Assembly: GCF_006345805.1 (NCBI RefSeq)
Contig: NC_043000.1
Location: 115,072,001-115,136,000 of the forward strand
Origin: Octopus sinensis
Lineage: Eukaryota
Direction: 5' to 3'
Length of the DNA stretch: 64,000 bases
A program made the translations under genes and the position numbers. Each line of letters begins with the position of its first letter. Position 1 is the first letter of the stretch. Below are positions 40,846-54,649 of this stretch, in pieces. The notes under the pieces are model-generated. The model was not told the origin of the DNA. It worked only from the letters and a program-made list of their open reading frames with translations, and did not search any database.

Positions 40846-41353
40846 TTATATGTTTATAGCTTTTCTGAAAAGCCAAAATAACATGAATTATAAGAAAATA
40901 AGTGCGTGGTTTGTACTGTTATCTTGTAATTCAATATTTCAGGGTTAGGACTTTTCTTCAGGAAATCTTCAAAGATTTAGTGATGTGAGCTAGCTTTTCT
41001 GCGCCAAAGTAAGTGCATGCGTGTGTGTGTTCAGAAGGTTACTTTGCATGCACAGGATAGCATTACTATAACAGACGACCAGCTACTCTGAGCTCAGTTG
41101 TTGCTAATATGTGCTCTGAGTTTGTTAATGATGATGGCTTCTCCTATCCTCAGGTTCCCAATGTTTCATTTTGTGGTATCAATAGAGACCTGAGTGTCTT
41201 GAGATAAGTATTTCCGCAAGTGTTTTTGGAAGAAAAACTGATCAGATCTGATCTCTCGCACCTTCCCTACGTCATTCAAAGAAATACATCACACAATTGA
41301 AATCTTGAAATTACAAGCCGATGCAGGGATTAATTGAAAACAATGTGAATGAG

Positions 41354-41427
41354 GGCCGGTTAGCTCAACTGGTTAGAGCATTGAGCTAATAACGCAAATG
41401 TCATGTGTTCGAGCCCCATACTGGCCA
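41354..41427 (+). pseudogene. tRNA-Ile(AAT) pseudogene in GSR intron 7
   Basis: GGCCGGTTAGCTCA..TGGTTAGAGC....GCTAATAACGC...GTTCGA.CCCC.TACTGGCCA, 74 nt. The acceptor stem pairs but the anticodon and T stems have mismatches and CpG-type decay. Confidence 0.75.
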
Positions 41428-42081
41428 TATTCTTATACTTTTTAGGCACAGGAGTGGCTGTGTGGTAAGTAGTTTGCTTACCAACCACATGGCTCCGAGT
41501 TCAGTACCACTGCATGGCACCTTGGGCAAGTGTCTTCAACTGTAGCCTCGGGCCAACCAAAGCCTTGTGAGTGGATTTAGTAGAGAGAAACTGAAAGCAG
41601 CCCATCATATATATATATGTATGTATATGTTTGTTGTTCATGTCTGTATTTGTCCCCCCAACATTGCTTGACAACTGATGCTGGTGTGTTTACGTCCCAG
41701 TCACTTAGTAGTTCGGCAAGAGAGACCGATAGAATAAGTACTAGGCTTACAAAGAGTAAGTCCTGGGGTTGATTTGATCGACTAAAGGCAGAGCTCCAGC
41801 ATGGCCACAGTCAAAATGACTGAAACAAAAAAAAAAAAAATTACATTTGAAAGATTAATCCAAATGAGTTGAGGATTAAACTGTTTTCTTTGAAACCCGG
41901 TTTCTCTCCAGTTCATGCCCTGTCTTTCCCTTACACTAACATTACACATCCAGCAGATGGCGCTTACTTCATTTCCCTTCGGCCATCATACATCTCCTGC
42001 CATGTTTAGCTACCACATCACAATGAACGTTGTACAGAAACAGTGGATACACAAAAGCTGTGTCGCACCATGGAATCTTAC

Positions 42082-42181
42082 CTTGTCATATCGAATAAGC
42101 AGAGAGGTATCTGCACCGAGAGATTTGAATATTCCAGCAAGTTCTACACCAATGTAACCAGAACCAACAACAACACATTTT
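42082..42181 (-). CDS. GSR: GSR exon 7 ([33 protein letters not shown])
   Basis: cag/gtaag, 100 nt; dinucleotide-binding loop. Confidence 0.95.
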
Positions 42182-42455
42182 CTGAAATTAAAAGATAACC
42201 TTTTCAGTTATGATGATGATGATGGTGATAGGAAGAAGAGGGTGTTGGTAGTGTGATGGTGATCGTAATTTCTAAGGGACACACACAGCTAAACATCTGG
42301 GACTGGGGTGGAAAATCAAGGATTTAAGTTGACCCCATGACTGGACAAAAAACAAATTGACTTTAGTGGGATTTGAACTAACAACGTAAAAGCAATTTGA
42401 TGTCTTTTACTGTATTTGATATTTACAGATCTAATAGAATGTAGCAATTACTTAC

Positions 42456-42510
42456 TTTGGTAAATCTGGTAATTCAAAAAAACCGTCACTGCTTATACCA
42501 TACTGGGCAC
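42456..42510 (-). CDS. GSR: GSR exon 6 (GAQYGISSDGFFELPDLPK)
   Basis: cag/gtaagt, 55 nt; SDGFF motif. Confidence 0.95.
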
Positions 42511-43350
42511 CTGTAAAATATATATATATACAGCTAATTATGGTTTAGAAGAGAGAGAGAGAGAGAGAGAATGCGTGTGTGTGTGTTTGTGAATATAAGG
42601 TATGGGCTATGGTTGACATGTATGATGTAGTTCCCAATTTGTGAAGAACATGAACAAAGTAGACACCAAATATATACTTCCTTATATTGTATCAATGGCC
42701 AAGAGATATTTAACTGTCATCAGCTCAGTCTACACAGCCATAAGCAGGTACAACAGTGTGGTATAATTCACTGTACTTTATTTAGGCAAGATGTTTAACT
42801 ATTAAGAGCTCAGCCCACCTGGCTGTAAACAGGTAATCAATATCCCTTGGGAGGAAGATTTGATTTATTCTGCAGCATCTGGGATGTACAATGATTTAAA
42901 TATGATAAGGGGCAGTGCAAGAGGCATTATGGTAGACAGCCAGCCCCTTCAGAAGAGAAACTGCAGCTAGTGTTGTAGTACATAGAGAAGAAATATTTTA
43001 TCTGTAAACCAATCGTTGTGATTGGATTTTATTAATTAACTTGATAGCCTACCCTACCACCTCACTAATTTAAAACATCTATACTTGCGGCAACATTTTT
43101 GTCTCAGGTATTTGAGTAAATTTCTCTTGGGGCTGTTCATGAAATTTGTATAGGCGTAGGAGTGACTGTGTGATAAGTAGCTTGCTTACCAACCACATGG
43201 TTCCAGGTTCAGTCCCACTGCGTTGTACCTTGGGCAAGTGTCTTCTACTATAGCCTTGGGCCAACCAAAGCCTTGTGAGTGGATTTGGTAGATGGAAACT
43301 GAAAGAAGCCCGTCGTATATATGTATATGTATATATATGTGTGTGTGTGT

Positions 43351-43404
<54 letters not shown>

Positions 43405-44629
43405 TGTGTCTGTGTTTGTCCCCCCAACATTGCTTGACAACTGATGCTGGTGTGTTTACGTCCCTGTAACTTAGCAGTTCGGCAAAAGAGACTGATAGAA
43501 TAAGTACTAGGCTTACAAAGAATAAGTCCTGGGGTCAATTTGCTCGACTAAAGGCAGTGCCCCACCATGGCCACAGTCAAATGACTGAAACAAGTAAAAC
43601 AGTAAAGAGGGTTAGCATTCAGACCCTGTGGCTTCATCTATGTCTAACAAGAGAACCTATGGTTCAATGAGGATTTCCTCTACATCAAGCATTGGCAACC
43701 AAGCCCATTGGCAACCTTGATCTACAGGCTGTTCTTTATAACTTTATGTGTACAGAGCACACATAATGTCATCATAATATAAACATAAACGTAGGTGGAG
43801 GTGTGCTTCCCAACCACATGGTTCCAGGTTCAGTCCCACTGCATGGCACCTTGGGCAAATGTCTTGTACTATAGCTTCGGACCAACCAAAGCCTTGTGAG
43901 TGGATTTGGTTAAGGGGTTAAACATAGAGGGGACAAACAAGAATAGACAAACGGATTAAGTCGATTACATCGACCCCAGTGCGAAACTGGTACTTTATTT
44001 AATCGACCCCGAAAGGATGAAAGGCAAAGTCGACCTCGGCGGAATTTGAACTCAGAACGTAACGACAGACAAAATACCGCTAAGCATTTCGCCTGGCGCG
44101 CTAACGTTTCTGCCAGCTCACCGCCTTATCCCATCATGTGTTTGTACCCCACCGATGTTGGTGTGTTTATGTCCCCATAACTTAGCAGTTTGGCAAAAGA
44201 GACCAATAGAATAAGTACTAGGCTTACAAAGAATAAGTGCCGGGGTCGATTTGTTAGACTAAGGCTGTGCTCCAGCATGGCCACAGTCAAATGACTGAAA
44301 AAAGTAAAAGAATAAAAGAATAACTTCTTTCTAAAAGTTTGTAACCTAATCTTCAGATAGGATTCTTTTAATTTGAACAATTTCATTTGATTTTTTTTCT
44401 TTCTCTCACAATCAATATTTATGTAATATTCTATGGTTATTCTACCTTACTCTGCAAGGAACATAGTGCTGGTTTCCCAGTTTCCATGGCATTATATTCC
44501 CCACCTGGGTGGGACACCTGCTGTCACAGAATTACTCATTCTTGCCAGCTAAGTGAACTGGAGCAATGTGAAATATAGTGTTTTGCTTAAGAACACCATG
44601 CAACACCTGGCCTAAGAATTGAAACTACA

Positions 44630-44992
44630 CTTACTTACTTGTGGTGACATTCACCCTGGGCGGGTTGAGTCGGCTTCTTCTACCACCCTCGAGGCATCTT
44701 GAACCATGGCAGCCCACGCACGACGGTCCTGCGCCAGTTCACTGGAAATAGCAAGCCAGTCACGGTTCCATCGGTGCAGGCCGGCCACATGCGGTCCCGT
44801 GAGCACGGAGAGGTCCTCCTTGATTGTCGTAACCCAGGTCTTCAGCTGCCCACCCGCACGTTTCCTCCAGTTGGGAAGTGGAGTTGGGAGGACATCACGG
44901 CTCAGTTCACCCACCAGACGCCTACATGCATGGCCAAACCACCGCAAGCGCCGTTGCAGAATGACAGATGGAAGGGGCCACAGAGACAGGCG
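44630..44992 (-). mobile_element. 5'-truncated RTE-clade LINE 3' end
   Basis: LRWFGH...GGQLKTWVTTIKEDL...AQDRRAW; (GTAA)n tail; TSD attgaaacYaca at 44618 and 44993; inserted in a SINE. Confidence 0.85.
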
Positions 44993-45391
44993 ATTGAAAC
45001 CACAATCTTATAATCACAAGTCTAAAACCCTAACCACTAAGCCATGCACCTCCACTACTCTATACTACATGTTTATTGAAATATTTTTTCATTGATGTGG
45101 TTCATTTTTCTAAATAGTGAAGGCCGACTGTCAGCAAAATGTTGCCTACACCTGCTTCCTGGGGTTACTCAATTTTTTAATAATAGTAACCAAAGTTCCC
45201 TCAAATCATACACAACATCTTTTATCTTTTACTTGTTTCAGTCATTTGACTGCGGCCATGCTGGAGCACCGCATTTAGTCGAGCAACTCGACCCCAGGAT
45301 TTATTCTTTGTACTTATTCTAGTACTTATTCTATCGGTCTCTTTTGCCGAACCGCTAAGTTACGGGGACAAACACAGACACACAAACATAT

Positions 45392-45456
<65 letters not shown>

Positions 45457-46129
45457 TACGACAGGCTTCTTTCAGTTTTTGTCTACCAAGTCCACTCACA
45501 AGACTTTGGTCAACCCGAGGCTATAGTAGAAGACACTTGCCCAAGGTGCCACACAGTGGGACTGAACCCAGAACCACATGGTTGGGAAGCAAGCTAATTA
45601 CCACACAGCCACTCCTACACCTATGTTAACAAAAGACACATTGGATAATGTAGTCCTAGATCCACAATGTTTGAATAAAAGGCGTTGTCACAACTGAAAC
45701 TCCTTTCATCATAGATTTGCTAGGTCAGGGCTGACCTGGGGTTGAACAAAAATATTAAATGTCAGAACAAGGGAGTCTCAACATGTTTGCTCAAACTGCT
45801 AGAAATACCAGTCAAATCTTACTATCCTAAAAATAGAAAGACACGTAAGATAATGTGATCTTAGATATACTATGGAAGGGTCATGGACGGATTATCTTGG
45901 CTCACAGGACTGCTTGATTACGACTGTCAACAACAAACAGCAGACACGTGTATGGAAGAAAGACTGGTTTCATTTTAAGTAAAAGTTTTTTTTATACTAG
46001 TTAAGGAAGAAGTAATAGTGCTTATAAGCTTTAAGGATTTGAGGATCCAAAGATAACCAGGGACCAGAAAATGGTTTTTGATTGACACTCAAGGTTGTAG
46101 AACATAATTAAATATCCCCACGTACCTAC

Positions 46130-46262
46130 CAGGTATATCCGGTATAAGTGGTTTCCCTCCAGTTGCAATCAGAATGTGCTTTGCTGAATAATTCTCACCA
46201 TTCACATCTATCGTTTGATTAGATAAGAATTTGGCATGACCCACAATTCGCTCAACTTTTGA
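46130..46262 (-). CDS. GSR: GSR exon 5 (SKVERIVGHAKF...HILIATGGKPLIPDIP)
   Basis: tag/gtaggt, 133 nt; ILIATGG motif. Confidence 0.95.
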
Positions 46263-46431
46263 CTAGATGAAGATAACAAAAAAAAATAGATTAATTAACA
46301 TAAATTTTGTTTATCAGTTTCAAGCCTAACAACTCATATAATTGTAAGCGTACAATAGTGACTTAGCAAAAAAAATATTGTTATGTCATCATACAGTAAT
46401 CATCATCATCATCATTTAGCACCTGTTTTCC

Positions 46432-46740
46432 AAGTGGAGGCACATGGCCTAGTGGTTAGAGCAGCGAACTCGTGGTCGAAGGATCGTGGGTTCGAATCTC
46501 AGACCGGGCGATGTGTGTGTTTATGAGCGAAATACCTAAGCTCCACACGGCTCTGGCAGAAGGTAATGGTGAACTTCTGCTGACTCTTTCACCACAACTT
46601 TCTCTCACTCTTTCCTCCTGCATCATGCAGCTCACCTGCAACAGACCGGCGTCCCGTCCAGGTGGGGAACCTATATGCCAAGGAAACCAGGAAACCGGCC
46701 CTTAGGAGCCAGGCATGGCTCGAGAAGGAACAAACAAACC
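46432..46740 (+). mobile_element. tRNA-Arg-like SINE (related copy 36321-36645)
   Basis: tggcctagtggttagagcagcg.actcg.ggtcg..ggatcg.gggttcgaatc followed by a shared body; (AAAC)n or A-rich tail. Confidence 0.8.
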
Positions 46741-47832
46741 TGTTTTCCAAGCTGGCATGGGTTAGACGGTTTGACTGGGTCTGGTAAGCTGGAGTGCTGC
46801 ACCAGGTTCCAGTCTGATTTAGCTTGGTTTCTTCAGCTGGATGCCCTTCCTAATGCCAACCACTCCGTGAGTGTAATGGCTACCTTTTATAGGTCACTGG
46901 CACAGGTGTCTTTTCCGTGTACCCAGCACTAGCCAGGACTATGGTTTCACTTGGCCTGACGTGTCTTCTCAAACAGTAAATCACCAAAGATGTCAACCAC
47001 TTGTCATCGCCTCCATGAAAACCAACATTTTTTACGTGGCACATAAAAAGCACCCACTACACTCTTAGAGTGGTTGGTGTTAGGAAGGGCATCCAGCTGT
47101 AGAAACACTGCCAGATCAGACTGGACCTGGTGCAGCCTCCTGGCTTCCCAGCCCCCAGTCGAACCATCCAACCCATGCTAGCATGGAAAGCGGACGTTAA
47201 ACGATGATGATGATGATGATGAAGATCGTGCTTCACCACCTTAGTTCATGCCTCCCTGGGTCTACCACTTCCACAGCTTCCCTTCATGGTCATCAACATC
47301 ATCATCATTTAATGTTCACTTTCCATGCTAGCATGAGTTGGATGATTTGACTGAGGACTGGTGAACCAGATAGCTGCACCAGGCTCCAATCTTGATCTGG
47401 CAGAGTTTCTACAATTGGATGCCCTTCCTAATGCCAACCACTCCAAGAATGTAGTATAATATAATATGGCATTCACTGTATGAACAACAGATGGTATGAA
47501 TGCATCCAAAACAAAATCGATAAGAATCCAAACCAAAAATTGAAAAATATAAATTCCACTGATTGATGGTACATGTAAAAAATTTGCCAGACATAAGAAT
47601 ACACAAACACATAGATTCAAAATTTACTAAATCTCACAGCAGAAGGCAGGGTTTTACTTAAGAAACACTTTTGTGATATCATCAAGAAAGTTGAGCCTTT
47701 AAGTCAGTAACCAGCCTAACAACTGGGGAAAGATAGCAGAAGACCATAAGTAATAGAAGCATGTAGTGTATTATATGGTGCCATAAAGTACAGCAGAAGA
47801 GAATAAAGTACAGTATTATGTAGAATAGTAAA

Positions 47833-48370
47833 ATCATCATCATCATCGTTTAACATCCGTTTTCCATGCTAGCATGGGTTGAACAGTTTAACCAGGGTCT
47901 GGGAAGCCAGAAGGCTGCACCAGGCTCCAGTCTCATCTGGCAGTGTTTCTACAACTGGATGCCCTTCCTAACGCCAGCCACTCCGCGAGTGTAGTGGGTG
48001 CTTTTTACATGCCACCGGCACAGGTGCCAGAGGAGGCTGGCAATGGCCACGATTGGTTGGTGCTTTTTACGTGCCACCGGCATGGAAGCAAGTCAAGGCG
48101 GTGCTGGCATCGACCACATACAGATGGTGCTCTTTACGTGCCACCAGCACAGATGCCAGGATAGGCTGGCAACAGCCACAATCAGTTGGTGCATTTTACG
48201 TGCCACCGGCACAGAAGCCAGTCAAGGCAACACTGGCATCGGCCACATTCGGATAGTGCTTTTTACGTTCCACCAGCACGGGTATCACAACTACAATTTC
48301 CATTTGATCTTTTGATGTTGATGTACTTGACTCAACAGGTCTCCTCAAGCACAGCAGGTCACCCTACGAT
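47833..48370 (-). mobile_element. High-copy (GAT)n-tailed retroposon family with internal ~50-bp subrepeats (gtggcacgtaaaaagcacc)
   Basis: Shared 3' end aggaagggcatccagctgtagaaac...gcatggaaagcggacgttaaacgatgatg. Copies at ~18620, 24170, 25208, 26175, 27360, 34720, 39800, 47030, 56595 and 57800. Confidence 0.85.
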
Positions 48371-48596
48371 CAAAATATAGTAAATTAATATGTAATATGG
48401 AGGGTTTGCATTTTATCTATGGGTATCTGATTTATTTTCATATTTACTTTATTACACTGCCTGCCATTACTCCCTCTCCCCCAGATAACTCTTTTAGGGA
48501 CAGCCATCATTCTTTTTAGCACCATCTTGACTAAACATAATGATTATTGTCAAAATAGCTTTAGAAGTTGAATAGCTAATTTTGTCAAATACTCAC

Positions 48597-48666
48597 TTTT
48601 TCTAGGTTATTAGCATAAATTCCATTTAGTCTCTTGATGTAGGCGTCACGAGATTTCTTCAAGTGT
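48597..48666 (-). CDS. GSR: GSR exon 4 (HLKKSRDAYIKRLNGIYANNLEK)
   Basis: cag/gtgagt, 70 nt; RDAYIxRLNxIY motif. Confidence 0.95.
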
Positions 48667-48759
48667 CTGTTATAAAATAGAAGAGAACAGTGAGACTGAT
48701 GGGAAGGTTATGCAGTCTCAGAAACGAAGTAATTTTCATCACTATTGTTTTTATCTTTT

Positions 48760-49151
48760 ACTAGCAGTATCACCCAGCGTTGCTCGGGCTTGTTTTCTTT
48801 TCGACTCTTTAGAATTGGAATTTTTGAAAAGTAAAAGTTTTGCATTATGTAGCTTGTTATTCTCTTTAAGTGAACATTTTTCTGGTTGAAATACACCAAA
48901 AAATAGTGACACAGTAGTAAAAAAATATCATAAAAAATAGGGATTTTCATAGAAAAAAAGCACCTTTTTGATGTAAATAATTTTTGGTGTTAACATGGTC
49001 CGATTTGAATTTTTTCTTCTATGGAAGGAAGAGCAAGCCTTCTTCTATCATACTCTCAATTTTGGTCAAATTGCACCGCAGGGTCTCGGAGGAGATAGTG
49101 TTGGTTGAAGGCTACCAAATCTGCCATACACAGACAACTTCAGCTTTATAT
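48760..49151 (+). mobile_element. Non-autonomous Helitron/Helentron-like element
   Basis: Starts actagcagtatcacccagcgttgctcggg and ends cacagacaacttcagctttata. This end pattern resembles Lep1/DINE-type elements as I recall them. Confidence 0.45.
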
Positions 49152-49416
49152 TATCATCATCATCATCATCGTTTAACGTCCGTTCTCCATGCTAGCATGG
49201 GTTGGACGGTTCGACCGGGGATCTGGGAACCCAGAAGGCTGCACCAGGCTCCGGTCTTATCTGGCAATGTTTCTACAGCTGGATGCCCTTCCTAACGCCA
49301 TAACAGATTAAGCCATGGAAACGAAGGCAACTTGCTGCACTGATCTGTCACACAAGAGAGGCAGATGAGAAAGTTATGTAGTGTAGGAACAAAGACAATA
49401 AGTTTTAATGACTCAC

Positions 49417-49532
49417 TTGAAATCAAATTCCTTCTTCTCCACCGAGAAACCATAATCCTGATGATCCCTTATATATTCAGCATGGACAGCAGCATTGAAC
49501 ATCACCTTCTTTGGGACACAGCCAACATTGAC
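49417..49532 (-). CDS. GSR: GSR exon 3 ([19 protein letters not shown]...FDFK)
   Basis: cag acceptor, gtgagt donor, 116 nt; carries the second active-site Cys. Confidence 0.95.
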
Positions 49533-50253
49533 CTGCGTGGGAGAGGTAAAAGACCGGTCAAATAACCAAAATTTTCCTAGTGTGCTATTACCTATTTCTT
49601 TACTACCCACAAGGGGCTAAACATAGAAGGGACAAACAAGGACAGACAAACGGATTAAGTCGATTATATCGAGCCCAATGCGTAACTGGTACTTATTTAA
49701 TTGACCCTGAAAGGATGAAAGGCAAAGTCGACCTCAGCGGAATTTGAACTCAGAACATAACGCCAGACGAAATACCGCAAAGCATTTCGCCCGGCATGCT
49801 AACGTTTCTGCCAGCTCGCCCAGTGTGCTATTACCACACAGTGGTATATATACATATATACGACGGGCTTCTTTCAGTTTCCATCTACCAAATCCACTCA
49901 CAAGGCTTTGGTTGGCCCAAGGCTATAGTAGAAGACACTTGCCCGAGGTGCCACGCAGTGGGACTAAACCCGGAACCACGTGGTTGGCAAGCAAGCTACT
50001 TTTATTCATCAAATTGGCCATGAAAGCCGTACACAGATGAAGAAGCTGCGGGCTGGACAAAGGCATTAATGAGATGAGGACGATAATGATGAACAAAAAT
50101 GGGAGGGGCACCGGCGCCCGCCGACCGATAACCCCTTACTTACCACACAGCCACTCAGGCTGATTTATTTATAAAAAGAAAATAGATTAATTCAACAAAT
50201 GGGGGGGAAAAGAATTTCTTGGCATGTTTTTACAATACTGTAAGGAACTATCA

Positions 50254-50625
<372 letters not shown>

Positions 50626-50761
50626 CTAGCCACACAAATATAAACATCCACACATGCATAAAGACACACAAACACACAATCACAAACACACGTGCACAGC
50701 AGCATGACTTAACTCCAGAAACTAAAAACAGTAAAAGTATATATATATATATATATATATA

Positions 50762-51162
50762 TCGTTGCTATTATGTTGAACTGTCGTATGTCCAAATCCC
50801 TTTTTGTTTTGTTTTTTTTTTTTTTCAATATCAATGCTTGCAATAACCGGTTCTTTTGGTCAACCTATCGTATCTCCAGCTGCTTCAGGTGCCAAGATAT
50901 GAAGACTGTCAAAGTGTAGTAAAACGGCTTAGCATTTTTTCAAAAGTAAAGTAAGTCCCACATACAACAGTTTTGCAAAAATATTTCTGACTGAAAATAT
51001 CCTACATGTATGGAGTTATAATTTTATGTACCCAACAAAGTATTATTGTGAAGCTGAAACTGTTGCTAATGCAAAAAGAAATAGAATGGTGAAACTCTTT
51101 TTACCTTTTCTAAAAAAAAAGCAACGTTTTGGACTTACAACAGTTTTGCATAATAGCAACGA
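50762..51162. mobile_element. TIR MITE inserted in a (TA)n tract; shorter relative at ~27962-28198
   Basis: tcgttgctattatg..aactgtcgtatgtccaaa / tttggacttacaacagttttgcataatagcaacga. Confidence 0.7.
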
Positions 51163-51345
51163 TATATATAAATGTATGTTTATTACAAAATAAGGCTGCA
51201 CATAAGCTATATATATATATATGATAGACACGCACGCAGAGTCCCTAACACCGTGAGGTTTCACTTGGGGTTTGTCTTGTATTCCAGCCCCAGATTGAGC
51301 AATGCCTTGTCAGTGAATTTAATGGATGGAAGCCGCAGAAGCCCG

Positions 51346-51565
51346 GGGTGTGTGTGTGTGTGCGCGAGTGAGTGGGTGTGTGCGTGTGTGTGTGTGTTGG
51401 GTGTGTGTGTGTGTGTGCGTGTGTGTGTGTGTGTTGTGTGTCCGTATGAGTGTGTGTGTAAGTGTGTGCGTGTCGGTGTGTGTGCGCGTGTGAGTGTGTG
51501 TGTGTGTCGGTGTGAGTGTGTGTGTGTCGGTGTGTGCATGTGGGTGTATGCGTGTGGGTGTGTCG
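51346..51565. repeat. Imperfect (GT)n microsatellite inside a SINE
   Basis: Directly visible; similar tracts at 12102-12141 and 43338-43410. Confidence 0.9.
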
Positions 51566-53449
51566 GTAAAGTTTTGGGGATCGTCTCCCACTACATGTCC
51601 ACCGGTGTTGCTTTCTTTGTTTCCGTAACTTAGCAGTTTGGTAAAAAAAGAGAAAAAAAGAGACTGGTGGGGATAAATGCCAGACTTCAAATAAATACCA
51701 GGATCAATTTGCTCAAAAAACTTTTTAAGGCGTTTTAGCCCGGCTGCCAGCTAATAACTCGAACAAATACAAAAATAAAAAGAATGTGTGAGTTTAAATA
51801 TCGGAGAGATAAACGACCAGAAGGAAGAGTGTGTGGAGGAAGCCAAACTAGTTTTCATTAAAACACCCCATTAGAGGAAGAGGGGGAGGGAACAGAGAGA
51901 GAGAGGGGAAGGAGTGAAGTGAAAGGTAAAGTTTGTGAGAGGAGGAGGAGAAAGAGTGGGGTGGCAGGTGATGCCGGTGAGGGAGATGTTCCTTCTATAT
52001 TTAGACTGGAAATAGGTTAAATTGAAAATGAATCTCACCTACAACCAGTTTTAATTTCACACAGAACTGTTTATTTATATATATATATATTTACATAATA
52101 TATATACATAGGCGCAGGAGTGGCTAACACCACTGTATCTCAATCATTTTATGCTCACACACATACACATATATAAGTAGCTGACTGGCAGAGATGTTAG
52201 GGCACATGAATTCTTTGTGATAAGCATTTGGGTCTACAATCTGAGTTCAAATCCCACTGTATATATGTACGAAAGAACATGGCTTAGTGGTTAGGGTATT
52301 CAGCAGAAATATTTTCTCACACCCAGAGTTGCTGAAGCATGGAACAAACTACCTGCATCAGTTGTTAGTTGCCAAGACATTGCATCCTTTAAAAACCTCC
52401 ATACTTCCTGCAATTCGCCAACACTACACCTGATACCACCACCACCCCCGCCACTCCATACACATGCACACATGTATGACTCATACACTTTCGTCCTGTT
52501 TTGTCCCTTTATGTTTTCCAATCATGTTTGTCAGCCCTTGTGGCCAATAAAAGAATTAATTATTATTATCATTATTATTATTATCTGATCTGCCAGCTGT
52601 AGAAACTCTGCCAGATCAAGATTGGAGCCTGGTGCAGCCATCTGGTTCGCCAACCTCAGTCAAATCGTCCAAACCATGCTAGCATGGAAAGCAGACGTTA
52701 AACGACGATGATGATGATGATGATTATTATTATTATTATTATTATTATAAAACGTCTATATCCATCTAAACACCTAAAACAATCAGTGAAAGCATGGAAC
52801 ATGCCACTACATTATCCTTGTTTGCGAGTGATGGCTATGGTTGATACACACACACACAATGGGTTTCCACAGTTACAGTTTACCAAATTCTATTCCCAAT
52901 TCCAGTCATATACCAACACCATGCTGTCACATGGACTCATGGCTACACAATGTGTCCACAATAAACAAAAGTAGTCTAAGAATGAAATCAACATTCTCGT
53001 AAATGCATAGTTTTTGCCTTTCTCAAACTGAAAGCATAGACACTTCATGTCTGAATTATACTGCCAAAAGAACAGTCCCACTGTTCAATAACTGACTGGA
53101 AAAGCAAATAGAGAGAAGAAACTCAAAACAAATTTAAATTCATTCACAGGCATTTTGGCAAACTTCAACATGTATTTTCTGGAATTCAGTTCAACAACAA
53201 CATCCACAACACAACCAGCAACCACAGCCATTCCTCAATGCTAACACAATTGATGACCTACTAAGCCCCACAATCAACAGCTCTTCACACTCCAGTTGTC
53301 CACAATCCTCCTTTCCACGCATATGGTTGGTGGAAGTTTGAGATGGGATGCGGAGGGGAGTTTTACCAGAGGTGTGTGTGTGTGTGTGTGTGTGTGAAGG
53401 TAAGGGGTATATGGCCAAAAAGGATATGGCTGTATGTATGGATGGTCAT

Positions 53450-54020
53450 AATATTACTTAGCTTCACAAATTTTCTCAAGCACAGCAAATCACCAGAAGT
53501 CATGGCCCCTTATCTCTGTGAGGCTCAACATCTGGAGATTATTTCTCACCATCTCATCACTTCATCCCACGGCTTCCTAGGTCTGCTCCTTCCACAATGA
53601 GCGATTGGCACTTCTTTATGCAGCTGTCCTCATCCATATGAATCACATGACCATACCAGCATGGTCTTCTCTCTTGCCTCTTATAGCCAGTTTTTTTTTT
53701 TCTTTTAAATCATTGACACTCTCTCATACAGGTACACTGACATTACCCATCCCATGGAGCATGTTGGTTTCATTCCTGTCAAGCCTTCACATGTCCACTG
53801 TAATCACAGTCCATATTTCACTGCTACTAGTATAGCTCTTTGTACACAGATATCATACAATCTTTTACTGAGGGAGAGGCACTTTGTTACCAACAAAGGT
53901 AGTACCTCTCTGAATTTGCCCATTCTTATTCTAGCAACTTTCATATAAACCCACTGCTAAATTGGTTGCCTAGGTGACAAAAACTATCGACTAGTTCTAA
54001 AGATATCCCCACCACCACCA
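53450..54020 (-). mobile_element. Degenerate RTE/RTE-X-like LINE 3' region
   Basis: Minus-strand translation fragments KFREVLPLL, WYGHVIHMDEDSCIKKC and RPRKPWDEV. Confidence 0.65.
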
Positions 54021-54649
54021 ACAGGCTATTTGAGGGAGTCTATTTTCTGTACATTCTTAGTACTTAATGTACCTAGACATCTATTGATCACACAAAAAAG
54101 GATATATATATATATATATACCGGAGTAAACACATAAATGTGAAACAAGGTGGAAAAAAGAGGACTCAAATACCAGTGGTAGAGTAATATGCTTTAAATA
54201 AAGTATATATATATAATAAATGGAAAAATATGTTGTAAATACACAAACGACAAGTAAAAAACGTATAAGGTACATTGAGTGCACAAACAGGCAGAAGACA
54301 GACACAGATGGTCCAGTTTCGCACCATTAATGAGTAATACCATCTGGTTGATAAAAGAAGAATTTGGGACCTTCTGTGTCTGTCTTCCATCTGTTTGTGC
54401 ACTCAATAAACATTATACATTTTTTTTTACTTGACGCTTGTCTATTTACAATACATTTTTTTCATTTATTAACAGGACACAACACACCCCAACTTTTATT
54501 AACAGTAAGTTATCAGTGGCACTTGAAAAGCACCATCCAAACGTGGATGATGCCAGGTACGCCTGACTGGCTCCTGTGCTGGTGGCACATAAAATGCACC
54601 ATCCAAATATGGCCAATACCAGGGCCACCTGACTGGCCCTGGTATTAGC

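Noticed and set aside
42082-42181. GSGYIG instead of GAGYIA, suggesting an NADH-preferring reductase
   Set aside because: Both 2'-phosphate-binding arginines (IRYDKVLR) are retained, and GxGxxG also occurs in NADPH-dependent glutathione reductases such as yeast Glr1.
47990-48280. Regularly spaced ggtgctttttacgtgccaccggca repeats resembling CRISPR
   Set aside because: The spacers are similar to each other, and the block recurs inside many copies of one dispersed retroposon.
51172-51690. Cys/Val-rich and His/Thr-rich ORFs
   Set aside because: Translations of a (GT)n microsatellite; the same applies at 12104 and 43186-43538.
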